Positions 28,833-37,582 of a stretch of DNA of 64,000 nt are shown here, one piece after another. The DNA comes from Candidatus Saccharimonadia bacterium (lineage in GTDB: Bacteria; Patescibacteriota; Saccharimonadia; UBA4664): assembly GCA_035544015.1 (NCBI GenBank), contig DATKIP010000010.1, positions 6,449 through 70,448 of the forward strand. Reading direction: 5' to 3'. The translations under genes were made by a program, and so were the position numbers. Below the pieces are notes generated by a model that had not been told where the DNA came from, searched no databases, and worked only from the letters and a program-made list of their open reading frames with translations. Positions within the stretch are counted from its first letter, which is position 1. Every line of letters starts with the position of its first letter.

Positions 28833-29972
28833 TTAAAAGTTACCCGCGCCCACCACCGTGATCACATCCGTGTAGTCTGATCCGGCCGGCGTACCGCCGC
28901 GGATTACCGCGCGCTCGTAGAGGGTCAGTACATCGCCGTCCGAGGTGGCCGGCGCGGCGCCGCCACAGCTGGCGATCGGGCGATAGCTCGTATTGCTCAG
29001 CACACCGCCGCCGTTACCGCTCGCACTGTTGAAGGCGGCATCGATCCCGTAGGGAGTAGTAAACCCACAGCCACCCGTCGCATCGGTCGTCAGATCCACG
29101 TCCATCACGTATCCCTCGCGTCCCACACCACCGCCACTCGCTACCAGGTCGAAGGCGGCGTCACCCGTCACGTGCAGCTGAGTCGGGTAGGGGTTCTTCA
29201 GGCCAGAATCAATCGTGTAGTTGGCCGCCGCCGAGTGCAAGCCCGCGTACTGATCCTTCACCCAAGCAATCCAGCCGCCCACCGCGTTGGTCGTGACGGT
29301 CGCGGTCACACCCGCCGTCGACACAATATTGGTAGGATCAAGGTTGGTCGTAAACGCATCCGTGAAGGCACTTAGCGCGATCGTGAAGTTCGGCGGCACT
29401 ACCGCGCTCACCACGATACTGTCGTCGGTTGTCACCGTGTAGGCCCAGTTGGTCTGGTTGACGGGCAGCGGCGTACCCGCGTTGTCGTATGTCACCAGCG
29501 TGGCACCAGTGATGCTCACCGAAGTCGTCGCCGAACCGTTCGTCAGCCGCGCCGCCGTGTGAAAGCAGTACTGCGTGGCCGCGGTCAAGTCGCCCGAAGG
29601 AAATCGCACCGTGTGGCCGCTCACGGTCGTCGCCGTCCCGATGCTAGGCCACGCCGTAGCTCCCGCCGGCAAGTCGCTCGTATCCACCGTCCAGTTCGAA
29701 GCCGTCGAGTTGACCACGAAGTCCGTCGCCCCACCGTCAGTCGGGAAGGTCACGTCCACCAACGTCTCTGTCGCACTCGTCGAAGCCGCCGACGGGGTAG
29801 CACACACCATCACGCCCGTAGCCGTCAGCGCCTTATGACGATCCGGCCGCACAAACGCCTGCGTAAACTGCGGCGGAGCCGCCTGGGCAACTCCCGAAAA
29901 AGCCGGCACCCATAACTCTGCTACGAGAGCGGCGACGGCGGCGACGATAAGTCTGATTTTTGGTTTGTTCAT
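28833..29972 (-). CDS. secreted WxL-like surface protein paralog
   Basis: MNKPKIRLIVAAVAALVAELWVPAFSGVAQA signal. VMVCATPSAAST. C-terminus SDYTDVITVVGAGNF. Confidence 0.5.
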   Translation of the reverse strand: MNKPKIRLIVAAVAALVAELWVPAFSGVAQAAPPQFTQAFVRPDRHKALTATGVMVCATPSAASTSATETLVDVTFPTDGGATDFVVNSTASNWTVDTSDLPAGATAWPSIGTATTVSGHTVRFPSGDLTAATQYCFHTAARLTNGSATTSVSITGATLVTYDNAGTPLPVNQTNWAYTVTTDDSIVVSAVVPPNFTIALSAFTDAFTTNLDPTNIVSTAGVTATVTTNAVGGWIAWVKDQYAGLHSAAANYTIDSGLKNPYPTQLHVTGDAAFDLVASGGGVGREGYVMDVDLTTDATGGCGFTTPYGIDAAFNSASGNGGGVLSNTSYRPIASCGGAAPATSDGDVLTLYERAVIRGGTPAGSDYTDVITVVGAGNF

Positions 29973-30064
29973 TTGTTTAACTTTATTTTCGCCACCACAG
30001 TGATTGGGTGGTTCGAGAGACTTTTAAGGACTTTTTAAGAATCTGCTCCCAGCTTATCGGAAAC

Positions 30065-30110
30065 CGCTTATGCCTGTCAACTCTTTTTTACAACAGTTGA
30101 CAAGCATAAG
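30065..30110. repeat. 17-bp inverted repeat (1 mismatch) with 12-nt T-rich loop between two WxL-like genes
   Basis: gcttatgcctgtcaact cttttttacaac agttgacaagcataagc. Each arm contains TTGACA/TGTCAA. Confidence 0.6.
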
Positions 30111-30122
30111 CCCAGTCCCTGG

Positions 30123-31175
30123 CTAAAAACTCGCCGACGCCACCGCCGTCAGCACCTCTGCGTAATCTCCCGACGCCGGTGTCAGCGGTTTGGTTTTGGC
30201 CTTCAAAATAAACGACCCGCGACCACCCACCAGCGGCGCCGGCGCCGAAAAAATCTCGCGGATCAACGCATCGGCGGTGCCCACATTCGCCGCCGACCCG
30301 TTATACGGCGCGGTCAGCGCCAGCGGACCGCCCGAACTCTGCGTCGCCGACACCCCCTGCGCCCCGAAGCCCTCCGCCACCGCGCTCAGATCCGCCGTCG
30401 CCGCCCCAATCGTGTAAGCCGCCTGCGTACTTTTGAGCCCAGCATTCTGCCCACTCAGATACACCTTGCCCCCCGATTCGCCGTTCGTATCCAAGCTCAC
30501 CCACACCCGCTTGGCCGAATCCGTCACCGTGCTCACGAGCAAGCTCCCAAAGTCGATCTGATACGGCGGGCTCGTGCTCGTATCCGTCGTAGCCACGTCA
30601 ATGTCAAACGCCAGCTGCGGATCCACCGTCGCCGCACTCGTCGTCGGTCCATACCCGCTCTCGGTGAATTTACCTCGATACGCCTTGGCCTTCACCGTGT
30701 ACACCGTACTCCGCGCCAGCCCTCGCACCATCACCCCCGCACCCGAACCCCAGGCCGCGTACGTTTGGTAATCACCAAAGCTCAGCGACGAGCCGATGGT
30801 CAAATCGCTCTTTATATAGCGTGTATCCGCCACAAAATTATCAGTCGAAATCGCCACCGCAAACACCGCGTCACTCGGATTGTTCGCCGGGCCAATCAGC
30901 ACTTTGAGCTTGTTGTACCAGTTGTCATCATTACTAATCGTCACCGTCGGCACATTGGCCTGCTTCTCGTGCGCCTCGCCCGCTCCCGCCTTGTAGTTGG
31001 CCGACGAGGCCGACCCCGCCACCTCGCCCGCCGCGCCGTTAATCCGGTAATTGGCGGAGCTCGAATTCGCCGTCCCGCCATTGCCGAAGCCGTACGAATT
31101 CAATTCATAATTTCCGCTCGCTGGCAGCCCCGCTATCATCCAGCCGGCCAACCACACCCCCAGCCACTTGCCCAT
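30123..31175 (-). CDS. secreted WxL-like surface protein paralog (ATG at MGKWLGVWLAGWMIAGLPASG; the ORF track begins 4 codons upstream at a GTG)
   Basis: C-terminus GDYAEVLTAVASASF. Start ATG overlaps the upstream TGA (TGATG). Confidence 0.5.
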   Translation of the reverse strand: MGKWLGVWLAGWMIAGLPASGNYELNSYGFGNGGTANSSSANYRINGAAGEVAGSASSANYKAGAGEAHEKQANVPTVTISNDDNWYNKLKVLIGPANNPSDAVFAVAISTDNFVADTRYIKSDLTIGSSLSFGDYQTYAAWGSGAGVMVRGLARSTVYTVKAKAYRGKFTESGYGPTTSAATVDPQLAFDIDVATTDTSTSPPYQIDFGSLLVSTVTDSAKRVWVSLDTNGESGGKVYLSGQNAGLKSTQAAYTIGAATADLSAVAEGFGAQGVSATQSSGGPLALTAPYNGSAANVGTADALIREIFSAPAPLVGGRGSFILKAKTKPLTPASGDYAEVLTAVASASF

Positions 31176-31906
31176 CACTGCTTCCACCGCAAGCTACCTT
31201 TAATAAGCGCCATAATCGCCGAAATATCGTCGTGCGGATCAGTGCTAGTGATCGAAATTGTCAGGTTTTTGCCTCCATGAGGCCAAAATAACGTCTGCTC
31301 GTGGCCATCGGTTTTGGTCATGAACTTCACGGTCTCGCCACCCACCACCTCGGCACTCGCCCGGTAATCCGCCGCATGGATTTCGCGCACCCGCCAGCTC
31401 GCATCGTCCGCTAGCTGGCCGCTCGGCAACGGCCGCACCTCCACCGCCACCCGATGCCTGTAATTCGTTTTGGAACCTATCGTATACTGCTCGAGCACTT
31501 GCGCGTCACTTTTGGACTGCGACACCTGGTCAAACATACCCGGATACGTAAACGAAATAATGAGTCCCGCCAGCACATTCGTGTCTGCGGGTGTAGCCGT
31601 CGGCGCCGCTTCAGTTTGCACCTGCCCCAACACCTTGGCCTGCGCCTCCACCGGCCCGTCCACCAGCCGCATCACGCCCACGACCACGCCGCCCGCCAGC
31701 GCCCCGACCACCACGAGCGACGACAGCCACGCCGCCATATGCGCCCGGCCTCGCCGCCGCGGGCGCTCCGCCTCGCCGGGCTCACGGCCGTCTCCAGCCA
31801 CTTCGGCCACCACCTCCTGCGGCGACACCCCGTGGAGCTGCGCCGCATGCCGCACCGTCCGCCGCAGCTCCTCGTCATTCACGCTCGGGCCTCCTAACAA
31901 AACCAT
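31175..31906 (-). CDS. hypothetical single-pass membrane protein (cytoplasmic Arg/Glu-rich N-terminus, TM, extracytoplasmic domain)
   Basis: AHMAAWLSSLVVVGALAGGVVVGV TM. G/T wobble typical of - strand genes. Start codon lies inside the 18-bp inverted repeat. Confidence 0.5.
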   Translation of the reverse strand: MVLLGGPSVNDEELRRTVRHAAQLHGVSPQEVVAEVAGDGREPGEAERPRRRGRAHMAAWLSSLVVVGALAGGVVVGVMRLVDGPVEAQAKVLGQVQTEAAPTATPADTNVLAGLIISFTYPGMFDQVSQSKSDAQVLEQYTIGSKTNYRHRVAVEVRPLPSGQLADDASWRVREIHAADYRASAEVVGGETVKFMTKTDGHEQTLFWPHGGKNLTISITSTDPHDDISAIMALIKGSLRWKQ

Positions 31907-32019
31907 CTGGCAGATGCAGCGCTAGGAGAAAGCGAAGCCCGGAACGAGGCGTAGTCAGATCTACGGTGAGTGAGGACTGGAGGTTTCGACGCCGCGATGG
32001 GCTGCCAGATGGTTTTGTT
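31896..32019. repeat. perfect 18-bp inverted repeat (aacaaaaccatctggcag / ctgccagatggttttgtt) flanking an 88-nt loop; the 3' arm on the mRNA strand contains the start codon of 31175-31906
   Basis: Arms at 31896-31913 and 32002-32019 are exact reverse complements. Confidence 0.8.
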
Positions 32020-32020
32020 C

Positions 32021-32983
32021 TCATGCCAGCGCCGCCAATCGCTTCTCCATGATCCGCTTCTCGCGCCGCTCACCGAGCCAAAACGAGACGATCATCAGCA
32101 GCAGCACAATCCACAGCGGCCAAATAATCAGCAAATTCGTCGCCACCGGCACCGTCGCCGCCTTATTTCCCGCCCCCGCTGTCGCCGCGTTCACAATCGT
32201 CGTCAGTTGCAAGTACGCCGTATGCCCCACCGCATCCGTCGCCCGAATAATCAGCGGAAACGAGCCCAAATACCCCGTCCCCACTTTCCGATACGTATGC
32301 TTCACCGTAAACGGCCCCGGCGCCAGCCGCGTTATCAAATCCGACGTCCCGTCACCCCAATCCACGCTCACCGCATACGGCGCCTGGCCGCCCACGATCT
32401 CCACCGGCCAGGTAATTTCCGCCCCCGGCTCGCTGCCGCGGTAGAAGTTCACCGACTGCAAAATCAACTCCGTCGAAAACCCATACCCGCCCGGCGGCTG
32501 ATTGAGCGTCACGGTCACCGTCGGCGAGGTCGGACCCTCCTGATCGAGCGTGTTGTACGGCAGTGCCGTCAAATCATTTCTACCCACCACCAGATCCACC
32601 GGCACCTTAAAGTGCCCACTCGCGTCGCAAATCACACTGCCCACCAAAATACCGTTCGTAAACACCTTAATGAGCGCTTTGTCCGGGCACGTACCCTCCA
32701 CCGTCACCGGGTTGGTCCCAAATGTCTGGCCACTCGACGGTGAGGTAATCACCGCCGGCTTCGCCGGCCGCGGCCCCGGCACCACCGCCGTCACCCCATA
32801 CGACGCACTACACGTCGTCGACGGCGACGGATCACAACTATCCGCCCGTACCGACCATGTAAATCCAGCCAGCAGCAACCCCACGCCGATCGTCAAAAAC
32901 AGCAACAGCGCATACGACGTATCCCGGTGGTGCGCAAGCCACCCGGTGTGCGAATAATGACTATACCTCGGGATCACAAGCAT
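32021..32983 (-). CDS. PKD-domain bitopic membrane protein, paralog of 6237-7169
   Basis: VSVDWGDGTSD...HTYRKVGTGY...IIRATDAVGHTA. C-terminal LLLMIVSFWLGERREKRIMEKR. Confidence 0.75.
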   Translation of the reverse strand: MLVIPRYSHYSHTGWLAHHRDTSYALLLFLTIGVGLLLAGFTWSVRADSCDPSPSTTCSASYGVTAVVPGPRPAKPAVITSPSSGQTFGTNPVTVEGTCPDKALIKVFTNGILVGSVICDASGHFKVPVDLVVGRNDLTALPYNTLDQEGPTSPTVTVTLNQPPGGYGFSTELILQSVNFYRGSEPGAEITWPVEIVGGQAPYAVSVDWGDGTSDLITRLAPGPFTVKHTYRKVGTGYLGSFPLIIRATDAVGHTAYLQLTTIVNAATAGAGNKAATVPVATNLLIIWPLWIVLLLMIVSFWLGERREKRIMEKRLAALA

Positions 32984-33011
32984 TATCTCGATTTTACCAT
33001 AACCAGATTGG

Positions 33012-33566
33012 CTAGCGGCTCGTCGGCGCCAGCGTCGTCATAGCTTCCCGAATAATCGACGTTTCACGGTTCACCACCCCCACCGCTCCCGGCGTGTCCA
33101 GACAAGCCGTCGGCGCTACATGATATACGTAATCGTATCCCGCAAGCGTGGCAATAAAATAATCCACCCCATTATGCCTGCTCGAAGCCACAAACGAGCC
33201 ACCGGGCAGCCGCAGCAATGCCCCCAGCGCGTTGTGATCGGCCCCGCAAGCCTCGCCAAGCTTCCGCACATCCTCGGCCGACAGTCCAATCCCCGACCCG
33301 CCCTGCCCGGCATAACTCACCAGCGGCAACTGCCGAGCCAACGGCAGCACCAGCGTCACGCCCCACTCTCCCACCGTCAAGGTTTGCGAACCATCCGGCC
33401 CCGGCGCCGCCACGACAAGTTTATTAGCCCGACTTTCCGCATCCACCTGATGGATGTGATCGAGCCACGCCCCCGCAAACGTACTCACCAACGACACCCC
33501 CACCGCCACCATCAACACCGGCCCCAACTCACGAGCCGCCCGCCACATTTTGCCACCACCTCGCAT
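33012..33566 (-). CDS. hypothetical N-terminally membrane-anchored protein; first gene of module-B operon
   Basis: LGPVLMVAVGVSLVSTFAGAW TM. 28-bp gap to the PKD gene. Confidence 0.45.
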   Translation of the reverse strand: MRGGGKMWRAARELGPVLMVAVGVSLVSTFAGAWLDHIHQVDAESRANKLVVAAPGPDGSQTLTVGEWGVTLVLPLARQLPLVSYAGQGGSGIGLSAEDVRKLGEACGADHNALGALLRLPGGSFVASSRHNGVDYFIATLAGYDYVYHVAPTACLDTPGAVGVVNRETSIIREAMTTLAPTSR

Positions 33567-33708
33567 ACCACACTCCAGTCGTCACAACGTTACTATCAAG
33601 CTTATGCTCCCACCGCTCGCCAGTCAATCGCTTGGCAACGGGCAATTGTGCCTTCAAACCACAAGCAGTATGCTATAACCTAATCAAGATACGAGTAACG
33701 CAAAAACC

Positions 33709-34836
33709 GTGGCAGACGAACCCAAAACCAACACCCCCGCCCCGGCCTCCCCGCCGGATGGTCAAACCACGCCCCCAGCCGCAGCCCCCACCCCAGACGC
33801 ACCGCCCACTGCCGATCCCGCCGCCGATTCCTCCGCCGAGGCCAAAGCCGTCGCCGCCTCCGTCCAAAAAGACCCACTCTCCGACGGCACCATCCCCACC
33901 GTGCTTACCCCCGGCGACAGCCACAAAAAAGTCCCCCGGGGCAAAGCCTCCATCACCTCCATCTACCGCCGCGCCGACATCATGACCACGCTCTTTACCT
34001 TCGTCGGCGCTCTCGTAGCCGCCGCGATTGTCGTGGGCATCTATGCCTACTTCACCCGCGCCCACTCCTCCACCACCCCGACCCCCACCAAAGTCGCCAC
34101 CCTCGATAAATCCGAGCTCGAAAAACTCGGCGCCTTCTTCGACGGCAACTCCGCCGGCGCCGGAGGCGAAATCCTCACTATCACTTCCTCCACCCTTTTC
34201 AAAAACCGTGTCGCCGTCGGCTCCGATCTCAAAGTCACCGGCGGATTGCAGGTCACCGCCACCGCCGCCCTCGCCGACCTCACCGTCGACAAAACCAGCA
34301 CGCTGGGCATCACCAACATCCGCGGCGCACTCACCGTCACCGGCCCGCTCACCGCCCAGAGCCCCGCCATCCTCGGCGCCGGCGCCACCATCACCGGCAA
34401 TCTCAATGCCACCGGCAACGGCACCTTTGGCGGCTCACTCTCGGCCACTAGTCTCAATGTCCACGACATCTCCGTCGCCGGCACCCTCAACCTCGCCGGC
34501 CACCTCTCGATCAGCGGCCAAAACCCGTCCGCCGCCCCCATCACCGGCGTCTCCACCTCGGCCTCGGTCGACGGCAACGACGCCGCCGGCACCGTCACGG
34601 TCACCGTCGCGCCCCACACCGGCAGCACCCCGTCGGCCCAGCTCGTCACCGTCACCTTCCGCAGCGCCTACCCCCGCGTGCCCCACATCGTCATCACCCC
34701 CATCGGCCCCGGCTCGGCCCAATTTCAGCCATTCATCCTCAAAACCGCCACCGGCTTCACCATCGGCGCCGCCGATTTCGCCACCCCCAACAACAACCCC
34801 ACCAGCTACTCGTTCGACTACTGGGTGGTGCAATAA
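33709..34836 (+). CDS. membrane-anchored beta-helix-repeat protein with conserved C-terminal beta-sandwich domain; paralog of 12484-13431
   Basis: GTG start. Pro/Ala-rich N-terminus, TM TLFTFVGALVAAAIVVGIYAYF, repeats LKVTGGLQVTATAALADLTVDKTSTLGITNIRGALTVTGPL. C-terminal VTVTFRSAYPRVPHIVITPIG...YSFDYWVVQ. Confidence 0.6.
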   Translation: MADEPKTNTPAPASPPDGQTTPPAAAPTPDAPPTADPAADSSAEAKAVAASVQKDPLSDGTIPTVLTPGDSHKKVPRGKASITSIYRRADIMTTLFTFVGALVAAAIVVGIYAYFTRAHSSTTPTPTKVATLDKSELEKLGAFFDGNSAGAGGEILTITSSTLFKNRVAVGSDLKVTGGLQVTATAALADLTVDKTSTLGITNIRGALTVTGPLTAQSPAILGAGATITGNLNATGNGTFGGSLSATSLNVHDISVAGTLNLAGHLSISGQNPSAAPITGVSTSASVDGNDAAGTVTVTVAPHTGSTPSAQLVTVTFRSAYPRVPHIVITPIGPGSAQFQPFILKTATGFTIGAADFATPNNNPTSYSFDYWVVQ

Positions 34837-34890
34837 CACGACGCGCGTCGGATGGCTGCGCAGCGCTGCTCCACTCCCGGTCTCGCCAAC

Positions 34891-34911
34891 AAAAAACGGC
34901 CCCGGAGGGCC
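34891..34911 (-). terminator. rho-independent terminator after rplU (GGCCC-cgga-GGGCC plus U6)
   Basis: Hairpin 34898-34911 followed on the - strand by TTTTTT (the A-run 34891-34896 on +). Confidence 0.7.
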
Positions 34912-34916
34912 ATTCT

Positions 34917-35216
34917 TTAACCGATCTTGGTAATCTTCACCAGCGAGTAATGCTGCCGATGACCCGTCAGCCGCTTAATGCGCTTCTTGGCCTTAAACTT
35001 CAGCACCTTAATCTTCTCGCCCTTCACCTCTTCCACGACCTCAGCCTGCACTTTCACGCCATCCACAAACGGCGCGCCGACCTTCACTTTGTCGCCGTCG
35101 ATCACGAGTAGCGCGTCGAGCTCCAGCTTCTTGGCATCACCGAGCAACTCGAGCTCGAGCGTCTGGTCTTTTTCTACGATATATTGCTTCCCCCCGGAAG
35201 TAATGACTGCTTGCAT
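34917..35216 (-). CDS. rplU: ribosomal protein L21
   Basis: MQAVITSGGKQYIVEKDQTLELELL...KRLTGHRQHYSLVKITKI is typical L21. No rpmA follows. Confidence 0.85.
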   Translation of the reverse strand: MQAVITSGGKQYIVEKDQTLELELLGDAKKLELDALLVIDGDKVKVGAPFVDGVKVQAEVVEEVKGEKIKVLKFKAKKRIKRLTGHRQHYSLVKITKIG

Positions 35217-35479
35217 GGCTACAAAGCCCCTTTCGTGCCTGGGTCTAGCAGGCGTGCCTGTATTTAATGTCGCATAACTAAGGTAGACTACCAGAAAAGC
35301 TCCCTTTTAGCAACCAAAACCCTTGCATATTGGCCTCATATAGGCTAAACAGGGAAGGTCGCGTTGACAACTAGGAGGTAATGTTGCCGCTCTGAGGACG
35401 TCGACCGGACCAACCTTGGTTCCGGCCCCACCCATTCAATGAGCTTCGCGCCCTACCGGCGCGAGGAGGGATCAAACTC

Positions 35480-36244
35480 GTGACCGCTTCTGAGCCCCCA
35501 ACTGCCCCATTCTGTCCCACGTTTGCCATCGACCCCGCCCCGTACACGAACCCCGGGGACACCTACCGGGACCTTCGGGCGACAATGCTGAACCGCCTGC
35601 CGTCCGGCGATCTGCTGCTCGGCGGCACACTCCCGGGACAGGTGACGGACCTGGCTCTCGCCTTCAGCAACAGCGTTCCGAACCTCGGCCTCCTGGCCGA
35701 TCGCATCACGGTCTTCAGCGCCTGGGACGACCCGCAGGTCTTCGAAGAGGGCAAGCTCGCCATCGATACCGGGCTCACAGTGCACGACCTATCCCGGCCG
35801 TTCCCGCTGCCGTTCGGCCAACTCCTCGGCCACTTCAACGGCAACCCCAACGAGTTCGCCGAGCTCATGGACGGTTCGTGCACGCCGCTCGGGCTGGTCG
35901 TGATCTGGCCATACCGCGGCCTGAAGCGCGAGGTCATGCAGGCCATCTACACGGCGGTCTGCCAAGCGGTCTTTCCCGAAGGCCAGCGGCTACCCGAGGG
36001 ACTCGCCGCCCACACCGCCTTCCTGCTCCACGACGGCCGGCTGCTGGTCGCCGAGGGCTGGCGCTCCTCGGGCGAGCAGCAGGAGCACATGGTGGGCCGG
36101 GTACTGCCGGCCCTGGCCGCCCAGTTCTCGGACCGAGGTCTCGGCCAGCTCCCGACGCCGATCACCATCCTGGGCGGACTGCTCAGCCTGGGCATCGCCG
36201 GCGACGGCGGCTACCGCCACCTCGCCGCACCGACCTCGGCCTGA
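35480..36244 (+). CDS. hypothetical protein with atypical (ctg/aag, GC3-rich) codon usage; candidate horizontally acquired gene
   Basis: GTG start 10 nt after GAGGAGGG. 254 aa with no recognisable motifs. Codon usage unlike native + strand genes. Followed by a strong GC hairpin. Confidence 0.45.
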   Translation: MTASEPPTAPFCPTFAIDPAPYTNPGDTYRDLRATMLNRLPSGDLLLGGTLPGQVTDLALAFSNSVPNLGLLADRITVFSAWDDPQVFEEGKLAIDTGLTVHDLSRPFPLPFGQLLGHFNGNPNEFAELMDGSCTPLGLVVIWPYRGLKREVMQAIYTAVCQAVFPEGQRLPEGLAAHTAFLLHDGRLLVAEGWRSSGEQQEHMVGRVLPALAAQFSDRGLGQLPTPITILGGLLSLGIAGDGGYRHLAAPTSA

Positions 36245-36278
36245 TCCACCACCCGTCCCTTCCACCCATCAACGCGAC

Positions 36279-36305
36279 GGGGCCCGGCGTTCAGCGCCGG
36301 GCCCC
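36279..36305 (+). terminator. GC-rich 11-bp perfect hairpin (ggggcccggcg ttcag cgccgggcccc) without U-tract
   Basis: Read directly; located 35 nt after the 35480-36244 stop. Confidence 0.5.
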
Positions 36306-36328
36306 ACCCCCGCCCTCATCCCCAAATC

Positions 36329-37444
36329 TCATCCCTCAAACTGCAACTTCTTACGCCGCGTCGACACACTCTCGAGCAAACCAAGGCTTGCCATAGCCAC
36401 AATCAGCGCCGTGCCGCCATAGCTCACAAACGGCAGCGGAATGCCCGTCACCGGCGCGATCCCCATATTCATTCCCGCATTCACAAACAGATGGAACAAA
36501 ATCATCGCCGTCACTCCCACCGCCAAAAACATCCCAAACCGATCCTGCGCGATGTACGCAATCCGCACCCCCCGGTATAGCAACACCCCAAACAGCAAAA
36601 GCAGCAACATCCCCCCCACAAACCCCAGCTTTTCATTCAGCACCGCAAAAATAAAATCCGTATGCTGCGCCAGCGACGGCAAAAAATTCAGCTGACTCTG
36701 CGATCCCGCCGCCAGCCCCCGCCCAAACACCTGCCCCGAGCCAATCGTGATCGTCGATTGGATCACATTATGCCCCGCCCCCAGCGGATCCGCATGCGGA
36801 TTCAAAAACACCGTTAACCGGTCGCGCTGATACGCTTTGAGATGGCTCAAAATCACCGGCAACAACGCCACCGCCACACCCGTCAGCGCCAGCAAATACA
36901 CCTTGCGCACCCGACTCACGAGCGCCATCGCCAGCCAAATCGCCGCCAGCACCAAGGCTGTACCCAAATCCGGCTGCCGGATCACGAACAACATCGGCAC
37001 CGCCACATACCCCAACGACATGGCCAAATACCGCACCCGATGCATCTGATCGTAATGATCTGAAAAAAACTTAGCCAACACGATGATCACCACCAATTTC
37101 GCAAATTCACTCGGCTGAAATTGAAAAAACCCCAGATCAATCCAACGCTGCGCCCCCAGCACCGCCCGCGACGACACAAGCACAATCACGAGTAACAGCA
37201 AGGTCACCCCATACAACCACGGCGTCAGCTTCACCCAGGTGCGATAATCCACCCGGGCCATAAAGAAAAACACCCCCAGTCCCACAATCGCAAACGCCAG
37301 CTGGTGCCACACATCAGTCAGACTCACCAGCTTGGTAGCCTTAAACGAGGTCGAATAAATCACGAGCAAACCCAGCGCCACGAGCAAAATCATGACCCCA
37401 AATAACACCCAGTCAAAATGCCTCCAGAAGCGCCGGCTCAACAT
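36329..37444 (-). CDS. ftsW: FtsW/RodA/SpoVE family lipid II flippase / peptidoglycan glycosyltransferase
   Basis: 10-TM profile with conserved SEDS-family segments (FQPSEFAKL, GIAPVTGIPLPFVSYGGTALIV). Adjacent to other division genes. Confidence 0.8.
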   Translation of the reverse strand: MLSRRFWRHFDWVLFGVMILLVALGLLVIYSTSFKATKLVSLTDVWHQLAFAIVGLGVFFFMARVDYRTWVKLTPWLYGVTLLLLVIVLVSSRAVLGAQRWIDLGFFQFQPSEFAKLVVIIVLAKFFSDHYDQMHRVRYLAMSLGYVAVPMLFVIRQPDLGTALVLAAIWLAMALVSRVRKVYLLALTGVAVALLPVILSHLKAYQRDRLTVFLNPHADPLGAGHNVIQSTITIGSGQVFGRGLAAGSQSQLNFLPSLAQHTDFIFAVLNEKLGFVGGMLLLLLFGVLLYRGVRIAYIAQDRFGMFLAVGVTAMILFHLFVNAGMNMGIAPVTGIPLPFVSYGGTALIVAMASLGLLESVSTRRKKLQFEG

Positions 37445-37520
37445 TCCCCTATCTTACCGTCCCTCCCCGGCCCGCGCCATCCCGTTCGCACCAAGCCACC
37501 CGCACATAGCCCCATCACTC

Positions 37521-37548
37521 TTGAACTTAATTGAAATTCTTGTATAAT
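37521..37548 (+). promoter_or_regulatory. near-consensus sigma70 promoter TTGAAC-16-TATAAT (TG immediately upstream of -10)
   Basis: ttgaacttaattgaaattcttgTATAATac. AGGAGG RBS at 37575-37580 follows. Confidence 0.6.
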
Positions 37549-37582
37549 ACAAAACCAGCACGCCTCAACGACTGCTAGGAGG

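Noticed and set aside
35400-35430. Near-palindrome ccggaccaaccttggttccgg upstream of 35480
   Set aside because: Arms are imperfectly complementary and there is no supporting context; left unannotated.
36329-37444. Whether ftsW itself is foreign like its two flanking cassettes
   Set aside because: Its codon usage (G/T-ending on - strand: ttg, gtg, ggg, ttt) matches native - strand genes.
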